A stretch of DNA of 33,803 nt from the NCBI GenBank assembly GCA_023515725.1, contig JALDTO010000245.1, positions 1 through 33,803 of the forward strand. Direction: 5' to 3'. Below the pieces are notes generated by a model. That model was not told where the DNA came from. It did not search any database and saw nothing but the letters and a program-made list of their open reading frames with translations. The position numbers and the translations under genes were made by a program. Positions 23,256 through 33,184 of this stretch are shown in pieces (within the stretch, counting starts at the first letter, position 1; every line of letters begins with the position of its first letter). Source of the stretch: Amoeboaphelidium protococcarum X5 (Eukaryota; Fungi; Aphelidiomycota).

Positions 23256-24347
23256 TCATTGAGATGGCAAATCAACTGCAGATTCATCGCGTTTAATAAA
23301 CTGCACAATGTCTTCAATTAGCTCCAGTTCCTATCGCAGGTTATCATCTTCATCTTCTAGACCATTGTCATTATTATCGCTGGATAGTCTGAGGTGGAGG
23401 TGCTTAATAACAATATACGCGCCACACTTTCGGAGTAAAGTTCTACCGGCCAGGGAACAACACAATACTTGCAACAGCTGAAGTACATTCAGTCTTATTT
23501 TCGCTGAGGTTACGCTTAAACTGTCCTAACAGTGTAAATTGATATTATCATGCAGCACTAAGTCAAGATCATCATAATCCTCGTTGCTATATTAATCAGA
23601 AGGAGACGTCAAAAGAGGAAGAGCATTACAAAGGATCTGCTTGATATCAGCAATCATTGACTGGTGATAACTTTCAATCTCCGAGGGTGATGTTATGAAC
23701 AAAAGATTTCTAATCATCATAAGGTAGCCTTGGACGCGCACAGTAGATCTATCTTTAAGCAGACATTTGTCAGAATATTAGACAATATCTTTGACTAGAA
23801 TGCCGTTCTAAGAGATTAGCTAACGAACCTGTGGTACAGCTGATAAATTTGCTAGAACAAACGCGAGATATTCACTATACTGAGAATCTGCGCGAAATAT
23901 ATCAGCAGCGATAGACAGAAACGCGCCATTTATGCGGATACAATAATATTAGGACTATGACGTGATATTGCTTAGAGCTTAAGCACTCAGCTAAGCCAAA
24001 GAGTCAGATCCTTCCGATAAAGCAACACGCGTCAGATGGTCAACGATTTACTCAATATGTTGTCTATGATCACGGCCAAAGTCATTCGTATATAAAAGCT
24101 CTGATGAAGTCATTTGCACAATAAATTTATGAGCCTATTATGAACTATTAATATCGCGACTATCTTTTAATATCGATAACAGCGACTTTTATAAATCGTT
24201 GGATCCTATCAATTGATCGCGTATATCCACATCAGCCACAAAATACTGCAACATGTAATCCAGTGCCAACTATTAGACATCCGCTCGCTCATCTTGGACT
24301 AAATTTACTAAATCTTATGCAATCTTGTTTTTAGAATCCTGACTCAT
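23256..24347 (-). CDS. HGH1: HGH1 (FAM203) family ARM-like eEF2 chaperone, 363 aa
   Basis: ALSNIT, FVLANLSAVPQVRQ, STVRVQGYLMMIRNLLF, LCCSLAGRTLLRKCGAYIVIKHLH, IEDIVQFIKRDE. Confidence 0.85.
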
Positions 24348-24525
24348 TATACTCTTAATTAAACAATTAACTGAGATTCTGCGACTGGAATTTAGCTCTG
24401 ATAATCACGCGTTTCGGAGTAAAGAAAGTCGCACTGAACAAACAAACAAATGAGCATGCGCATGAAATCCTATCCGCGAAGAATCGATAATATATTGAAC
24501 ATAACATGCAATTTGTTCACAATAT

Positions 24526-26139
24526 TCACAAGCTACTCAAATACGTCTTCAGATCCTGCAATGACCACCGATTCTAGTACAGCTGTAAGCAATTCTCAAC
24601 TATTTTATGGACAATAGCACGGTGTTTAACAAACTCATCCGTCCAGACCAAGTCGTCGGTATTTAGAGCATAAAAGTCCTTATGCTTACTCAATTCAGAT
24701 TTTCTTCTCCGTATCAAGTCCCAAGTAAAATTTTTTATTGTCCACTACAACACCATGACGCCGGTAAGCCACAAGTCATAATTATGAAATACATCTCCTT
24801 CTGGAGGGCTATCACGGGCCTTGACAGATTTCTAAGATGCAGATTTGAAACTAGCCGCCAGATCGTAATCAATTAACACGATTTCCCCCTTGTCGGCCCA
24901 GCATATATTTGCAGCACGGATATCACAGTGACACATCAAATGTTCGCTACCCATGTAAGACAACAAATCAACCAGCTACGATAAGACACTATTCAACTGC
25001 GAAATATCAGTTGGAGGATGGGAATGTAGATCCCCGCCTTAATACATTGGCATTGACAATAAACATGAACTTCCTTTGATAGACCAGCCGTCACATAATT
25101 TCTTATCATACAACAACTAAAAATACTTTACAATTGAATTTCCAGACCAGATGCTCTACAATTTGTAAATGCGTTTCTTTTCAGTATCAATGTACAAAGG
25201 ATTGTAAAAAGATGGACGCGCCACAAATTATGATACTTTGACATCCTCAAGCATCTACTAAACCAACTTAGGAGGGATCCAGCAATGGCTAGCTCTCGGC
25301 TTTTAAAGATCAGACGAAAGATCAACGAGCCTCCTCTGTACTTAAAGAGCCCACAAAACCCAAGATGCCAACATCACAGCCATATCATGGCCACTAAACA
25401 GCTCCGAGCATTAAATCTCCATCGCCCCATTTTTGTAAATGTATTAGAAGCCGACTCGGAGTATGTATAATGATTTATGTGACAGAAGGGGAACATATAT
25501 ATACCACTCCGAACCAAAAATCTCGGAGACAACATCTGCATGTAACATAGGATAGACGCGTTTAATGAAGCTGATACCACACAAAGCAGCCTGGCGCGCG
25601 CAATGCTCAAACTGGTCCGTTTCGGGATCTGAAAGCAGAGCATCCATATTAACCTCACTGACTGGTCCAATAATATCATCATATCCATCCTTCTACAGCA
25701 TAATATCAGGCTAACTACTACGCGAACAAAACACTCTCGGCATTAATGGCTTCCTTTCATCTTAGAATCCAGTATTTCTAGGAATATCTTTACCAACAAC
25801 CCAGGAGTAGCCTTCAACATTTAACGCCTTAAGAATACAATTCAGCAACGAAATAACCATTTACTGTGTCTCCTTTACCTCATTCGTATCATCAATAGTA
25901 GACACACGCTCCAAATATAACTCTACATCGTTTAAACCATTTTGCATATCAAATATTCGATTACGGGGCACGTTGAGCAATAATTCGGCGACAAAATCAA
26001 TATCTTAAGCTCGGCGCAGTAATAGTGACGACGCTACGCCACTTTCAATTAAACCACTCTTGCTAGAAACATACTTTTGAGGACACTCTCTAGCACTACT
26101 CAAATCTTTTTAAACAAGACTCTCCTATCGTGTAGACAT
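24526..26139 (-). CDS. Atypical protein kinase with an N-terminal degenerate PD-(D/E)xK-like domain (Crinkler/CR-type effector architecture), 537 aa
   Basis: TGA-free frame. Kinase motifs KRIYK, HCDIRAANI, LIDYD, YDLWLTG; upstream QPDIML...PVSEVN...CARQAA. Confidence 0.7.
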
Positions 26140-26302
26140 ATTGATAAGGATTTCGAAAATTTTAGAGATCAATTGAAAAATGTACAGTGAATTCAACCGA
26201 ACGTTAATGGAGTTCCGTAGTTAAAAGTTCATTAGTAGTAACAGCCAATTAAGAGTGATGCCTAGGCGCGTTTGGGACTATCATAACAATATTTTAGAGT
26301 TT

Positions 26303-26548
26303 TCAATTATTTACAACAATCAATTTATATTTGTTTAAAGAACGTATATTTACGAGACGGAATCTATTAAAGTTGACAACTCTTCGCCGATACGCTGAGA
26401 ACACTGGGAAGATACGTGCTTTAGTGCCAGATCGATTCGAAAATGATATCAATGGCCTTTGTTCAATATCTTTCTGAAAGTGTGCCACTTCACGAATTGC
26501 CAATTGTTGCGAATTATTTAAGACTGATAATATTGGTATCGTGCTCAT
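26303..26548 (-). CDS. Possible small orphan protein, 81 aa
   Basis: ATG-to-TGA ORF valid in either code; TGAAATTTCA and GCGCG motifs lie just upstream; no recognisable domain. Confidence 0.25.
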   Translation of the reverse strand: MSTIPILSVLNNSQQLAIREVAHFQKDIEQRPLISFSNRSGTKARIFPVFSAYRRRVVNFNRFRLVNIRSLNKYKLIVVNN

Positions 26549-27096
26549 GTTCGAATTTGTTAAACCGGTTCAGCATTTCTCTCTGAAATTTCAAAGACTT
26601 GCGCGTACGGCCGTCACATTGGCTGACCAACTGCGCCTTTAGGCCAGTATAACGACAGAGAAAAGATTGATAAAATTTCTCAAACCAATAGTCTCACGCC
26701 TCTCACGGCGACAGGCTGTATAAACAAAGTAGATAAAGACACTGAGTAAACGAAGGCTTACCAGACACTTGGAAGAAATTATCGATCAGACACAGATCCC
26801 CATTCGCTGAATATTGTAATGCAAAGATGATCATTGATGTTGGGAGCCACCACACCAGGTGACGGACGTAACAGTAAGCTCGTGGTGTGATCTAATAACA
26901 GAACTCGCGCGAAATCTCGTGGATCGATTCACGGGGCTGTGATCACGCAGTAACCGAAACCTGTGAATATAAAAGCATGAATGATTGTCTGTCTGATCGA
27001 AAGTGCTTTTAAATTAATTAATAGACCTCCTGACTCCTTTTTTCAGGATAACAACGAAAGAATTCAAGCGACCGACATCAACGACTGCACTCCTAT

Positions 27097-28833
27097 ATGT
27101 CCCCTATCGATACTCCTACCTTTGGCTTAGACAATGCTAGTGGCATTGGCGGCGATCACAACGCCTCCTCTGCCGCAGCTGATGGTACCCCGTTTGAAAG
27201 CTTCGAATCCACCACCAATAGTGTGGATCATTATACCAATGATGGTGTGCCTTCTACCTCTGCTCATAAGACGCGTAATTTAGATGCTGATGGTGGTAGC
27301 GGGGGTATAGAGAATGGTGATGGTTTGACGACTAATGATGATAATATTGGTCAAGAGATTGAATTGACAACTACAGTGACTGTAATGGGTGGCGATGGTG
27401 TAAACTCTCCTACCACTACCACCGCTCCTGTTGGTGATGGTCTGATAGCTCCTCCTAACTCTGCCGTGGCTTCTTACTCTCAGGCTGTTTAGATGGGCGA
27501 TCAACACCAGAGCTACCATTAGAATCTTTATGGTATTGGCTCTGATAGCGGTCTCGTTCATTAGTAGTAGAACACGGTGTCTAATTTGACTCCGCCCACT
27601 GGTCAGCATCATATGTCACCTCTGTATAATGCTAGCTTTCTAGAGCTGCTCCCAGAAGGTGTGGATAACTCTGTGCTTGAAGAGTATGCTCGTGACACAT
27701 CTGCACTCAGCGGTAGTGGAATGCATTCCTTTGGTATGTCATCCATGTAGCAATAACAGTAGTTATAGCACAAATAGCACGGGTAATCTCATCAACAGTC
27801 TGGGTAGCCTCAATCAGGCTCTCAGTTCTACATGCTTGCTCCTTCTCCGGCATCTTCACCGTACACCTCTCGCTTCTCACACTTTGGTGCTAGTGGTGGT
27901 GTCGCTGGTAGCAATTAGTATGTTGGACATGCTTTACATTCTTAATCTGGTGCCTCAGGTCATAACTAATATCTCATGCAGCCGTCACAGTCTTAGCAGT
28001 AGCAGAATCATATGCAGCAATTATCTTAGATTCCATTGACCTCTGACACGCGCGCTAGTTCTCCTGGTCTTGAGCCTGCTGGTGCCGTGTATGCCGGCTA
28101 TTCTCATATGCAGCATCCTTTCTAGCACATGAATGAGATGAAAGATGATCTTCTACAGTATCCTTATGGTGGCTTTAGTCAGACTTACGCTACATCTCAG
28201 TTTGCATACTATCCTTCCTCGTATCCAACTAGTGGTTACATGGGTGTTGACTCTAATGGTGTGCCTCTGAATAACAGCAACTTGGGTGGCAGTCACTTGA
28301 TGCATCAGTAAATGACATCGCATATGCCTAGTCCACCGCAGAGCTCAGAGAATTCGCCGTATGTGATGTCAAAGAGTGAGCGTCTGAGACAATAATCACG
28401 TCCCCGATAAAGTCCATCTTTTGATGGTGACTTTGTGGCCAAGAAGACTACCCGCCGTGGTGGTAAGAAGGAGTATCATTGCCCGCATGAGGATTGTGGT
28501 AAGATCTTTAAACGCTCGGAGCACCTGAAGCGACATGTTCGCATACACACTGGGGAGAGGCCATTTGAGTGTCCGCTGTGTCAGAAGAAGTTTAGCAGAT
28601 CTGATAACTTGACTCAGCATATTCGTATCCACAGGTCGGATAAGTAAAGAAAGAAAAGATCGATCATATTTGAAGATGATAGTGTGGATGCAGGCAAGAA
28701 GAGCTCCAAGTTGAGCACCGTGTCCACATCTTCAATGGTTGATGAGGAAGAAAATCATCTCAATCATCATCATAATTCTATGCACTTTCAAGATTACTCC
28801 CCATCACTTCAGTTGGAGATGCCTCAGTAATGA
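27097..28833 (+). CDS. C2H2 zinc-finger transcription factor, Msn2/Msn4/Seb1-like, 578 aa
   Basis: [51 protein letters not shown]; long low-complexity N-terminus; ends TAA TGA TGA. Confidence 0.9.
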
Positions 28834-29016
28834 TGATTGATCAGGTTTAGAGTCATATCTATACAGCGCTTAGAGAATATTTTAGAATTTTGAATTTACT
28901 GATTAAACATGAAAACGTTAATTCTATAATCCTATTCCATTCAACATAAATCATAAATTTTTACTTTCTCTTATCATCATCTCTCATCACCAGCATCAAT
29001 CTATGCATTGATCAAA

Positions 29017-31133
29017 TCAGCATTGAGCCTCCTCATATCCCTCAGAGATTGCAAGCTCTTTGATTCTATCATTCTTCACTCCAAGTATCTTGTTGGCGCG
29101 ATGCATAGTGGTGGCCAGGTGAGCTCCTTAGTCAAAAGCCTGATTCATCAAAGACGACTTCTCAATGGAGCTGGTAGTGATGGCCAAGTCATTCGATCCT
29201 TTCAACATTCTAAGCTCCTGATCCTGCTCCCTTTTCACGTCACCCAGCCTCTTCAGGTACTACTCCATCATGCTATTCAAAATTTCTAATAGTTTGTACA
29301 CGTCTGTTCGTTCAGATTCGGTCAATTTAGGATCTGCGCACATCTTGTCGATGTAACGAAGAAAATGTCTGTGCATAGCCGCCATCTCGCAGTCTAGATT
29401 CATTTTATCATCTTTAGAGTCATCCACACTGGCTGCAGACTTATTGCTGCTGGAGAAGAAGGAAGATATTTTGTGCAGAGCTTTGGACCCCTCCTTCTTT
29501 TTCTTCTACTTGTCAATCTCAGACTGCGATGGCTCAGTACTGATATCCGTCAAAAACTTTTTCAAGTTCACCATATTCTCACCAGTAATCAAATGATTCA
29601 ATTTCACCATATGCGGCTCTTTATTCCCATCAAATGGGACCATATTTGCCAGCTGCTGTATAGTCTTGGACATTAGCGTGAATGTTCTGGCATTTCTCGC
29701 ATTAGGAGGCTCACCATTCGGAGTCAGACCGAACAGTTAAGGTCCCAAAGTGGCAGCGCTAAAGAACCGCAGAAAAATAAATGCCGTGATGACTGTATTA
29801 CCCACGACAGAGTTATTGGGAAATTTCTTCTGAGCTTCAGATCTCAGATGAGCAAACACCTGCTTCAATTAATAAGGACAGTCTTTAGCACTGCGATAGA
29901 TCACGTCCAATGTCCATTTGATGTAAGCTTCAAGTACAACATAAGCCTCCTCTACAAAGTCTTTATCATTCATATCCATTCTAGTAGGGTCAACCTCACA
30001 GACTCTATTCTGCAAAATTATCTCATGTATCACTGGACTCAGCACAGTCTTCAGATACTTTCCACCAATAAGTTTCATGTACTGATCCAAAGCCTTGGTT
30101 CCCAGCGAGTTGGCTCTGAATATAGTATCTGCATCTGCAACCTGTATCTCTGATGATAGAATACTCTTTAGGAAACTAATCGCCGAATTACTCTTCTCAA
30201 AGATGGTGACCAGAGTCTTTGCTGTCTCCTCACGCTCCTCCGTGACTCTACCGAGTACTTTGACGGCATGAAAGTTGTCATTTGTAATGAGCATCATCAG
30301 ATTAGAGTAGGCATTCAGCGGTAGAATATACTCCTCGGTGTAGATATACTTGAGTCTAATCAGACCGGTAGTACCACATGTATTACCAATCTTACCACTA
30401 CAGCCATTGTGAACTAATACTCCGCAGAGAGAGCATTTCGCCACGTCATCCAGCTTCGCCCACATCATTTTACGGCACTTGTCGCAATGCTTGGGAGCAT
30501 TCACATGAAATGGCTGAAACTCGTGTGATTTAGCAATCCTCTTCTCATCAATATCTTCAAGCGTGGAATCCTTGTCGCGCAAAGAATACCAGTCCTCATG
30601 CCAGCGGTTATCACTCTCCAGTGAATACTTGTTCAAAATGATTGATCCAACCAGCTTGTTGCCAAGTAATGTGCGCGCATATAGCTCTACCAGAATATCA
30701 CTAAAGTACTCATCCAACTCGATTTCGAACTCCTCATCAAACCACGGAGTCTTTGACTTCCAAACAGTCTTGGTCTTACCAGCGAGATCCTTTTCGGAGC
30801 CGCCGTTCGTCGCTGCAGCGGAAATCACAGACTTTACCGTGTTGCCCATTGTGGCGGATGATCTGCGGCCCATAGTATTACTGTTGGGTTATGAAGACAT
30901 GCCGGAAACATCGGAGCGGTTACTCATGAACGACTTGTTATCTTCAATGGGAGTCTATACTTGATTAGAAATGTCCAGCTTTCTCAGAGTTACAAAACTG
31001 TCTAATTCTTCATCCTTCTGAAAATTTTTGGCTTCTATTACTTTAATGACGATACCTACATTGTTGACTCATGATTATATTCTTAATGCCATATGTTTCA
31101 GTATAGGGATGAATTACGGTGATCTTTCTTCAT
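29017..31133 (-). CDS. Ras GTPase-activating protein with C2 and C1 domains, about 684 aa; intron 31056-31117
   Basis: Spliced start MKKDHRIVIKVIEAKNF (C2); C1 HEF...HCDKC...CSLCGVLVHNGC...C; RasGAP arginine finger IFRANSLGTK, FIFLRFF, SKTIQQLAN, KEPHM. The exact C-terminus is slightly uncertain. Confidence 0.9.
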
Positions 31134-31429
31134 TGACGCTGTAGTTATCTAATTGACAGCAGACATGACAATATATATATACTTGAATACTGTATTTTAT
31201 CTTTATGTGTGTAAATAAATTTTTGTAAAGTTTGTCACAGTGCAAGTGAAATGAATGCAACTGAATGTATAGAATAGAGCTATTTTCAAGCATCAATGTT
31301 TCGCCCTTTGGACTGAGTGGAGAATCCATCATCTTGACGACCGAATGGGGTAACGAATTTGATTGGGTACTCCCATTGAATGGATGAAAATAAGTAAGCT
31401 AACTTTTTAATAAACAGAGACATTCTCTA

Positions 31430-33184
31430 AATCTCCCACTATTATAAATGCTTTTGCTCCCTTGTTGCCGTTGCATCTAATGTGGAATATATAATTTTGA
31501 CACCAAGTTCACATTCCACGCGGTAGAACTTTCACAGCAATACCAAAAGCAGTAGAGTCAGGCCAAAAGTAAAAAAAACTCTTTGCAACGTTCATTGAAT
31601 GACTACTACCTTTAACTCAAGTCGCCTCCAACTTTGAGTAAATAGTCTCTAAGCGAGAGCGTGAACGCATGCGCATATCTATTCCTTAGGCATTCTTTGC
31701 TAGTTGTTAGAGGGTCTGAATACGGCAAAGGGCCTATTCAGGCCCATATCTACCGCAAGCTCCACTTTACTCGGAATTGCGGCGCTGGCTTCATTCTTCG
31801 ACATAATATAGTACTGAATCTCTTCACAAGATTTAGTCGTTCTTCTGAAGTGATCAGGATCAATTTTTGAACCAGCATTCTCATTACCATCCACTTAAAA
31901 ATCATCAAAGTCTTGAGGAGCATCATCGATTAAGGTGTCAACCAGATCGTCGTCGTCGTCTTAACCGTCGTCGTCAGAGTCGACCTCCATAGTCTCAGTA
32001 TTGTCAGCGTTACCCAAAGCCTCTGTAACACTTTCCGCCGCACACGTATCTGTTTCACCAGCAACCTGCTCAGTGGCACCCTTTAACACTACTTTAGTAC
32101 ATTTGGCAAAGATGAGATCTGTACTACACAAGGAGGATACAGAGAATTTGAAGTGCAATCTTTTGGAATCCGTGGAGAATGAGCTAAAAGCAGCATCAAA
32201 CTTTTTGGTAAGTTTTGGTAGATTTAACATTTTGTCCAGCGTGTACTATCCTAAAATGGACTCCAGAGCGCACGATGAGAAATGAGCCATATGCATTCTT
32301 TTGGCAGGTAGAGGCAGTAGAGTAGGATACTTTAAATGCATATCTGCCAGCTTACGGATACATCTGAAGAACAGTCTCAAATAAACAAACCAGCTCGACG
32401 AAAATTATCTGACATTAAGAGGATATGTAACTTATTAACGCGTCAGATCTTACTAAAGCTACTCTTTAATATCGATTACTTTTTCCAGGTAGCCCTGCAT
32501 GACTTATTCTAGTGCTGAGAGGTGCTCCTGCTTAAATTCTTGTCACTTTTTTGAAACACTACGAAGAGCATCACTCAAATCAGTGAAATCGCCAAAGCTT
32601 TACATCAAATTCAGCCGTCTTGGCACCATTTTGGCCAGATTACAAAGTTTATACACAGTTCCCAATCCAGAATCTTTCAAATCAATCACGACAACTCGTC
32701 TCAATGTCTTTCTGAAATTATCAACAATATGATTTAGACATGCCACGCCAAATCTATCAGCAGCTGGTGCAAAAAAATACTTAAAAACATCGGGAGTACA
32801 TTGGACTTACAACGATTTAATAATGGCATCGTTTGAGAATAACTTAGTACGGATTGAGTGCAATTCAGCTGATTGACGCAAAGTTGATCTGCGATTATGC
32901 CCCACGCAAAACAAATGATATGTATCTCATAGCATTTTGAGATCCAGCGTTGGTGACGACTTGCTCCTAGTTATTCCAGTATCACCAGACAGATAGGCTA
33001 ACGCGTAAAATTGCACCATCAAAGAACTTATATAATTGATCTTGTTATAGTCCCTGACTGCCTGTCTCAGCTACTCAGCTTATTAGTCATCACCTATCCA
33101 AGCCTTGTCAAATCCGCCCTCGTAAATAATCACGCGATGAGAGGAGTTGCTCATAGTAATATCTTGTTCTAATATTTCAGCTTA
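31430..33184 (-). pseudogene. Decayed Fanzor1-like (eukaryotic TnpB family) RNA-guided nuclease gene
   Basis: One frame 33184-31595 with only two internal TGAs (32927, 32543). It carries Fanzor1-like blocks AVRDYNKINYISSLMVQFY, ACLNHIVDNFRKTLRR, YLRLFFRCIRKLADMHLKYPTLLPL, LHFKFSVSS and RuvC-I-like LAVDMGLNRPFAVF. After a frameshift comes AFTLSLRDYLLKVGG. RuvC-II/III are not recognisable. Confidence 0.6.

Noticed and set aside
2220-31133. Mass pseudogenisation or tiny introns explaining the many in-frame stops
   Set aside because: The stops are only TAA/TAG, keep the frame, lie at Gln positions and lack splice signals; code reassignment explains them all.
31069-31332. TGA read-through joining ORF 31114-31332 to the RasGAP
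   Set aside because: A 62-nt GTAATT...TGTAG intron with ATG 31133 gives a clean C2 start (MKKDHRIVIKVIEAK) without recoding.
32543-32929. TGA recoded as Trp or Sec in the Fanzor-like frame
   Set aside because: No intact gene in the window has an internal TGA, and the same element also has a frameshift; decay is the simpler explanation.
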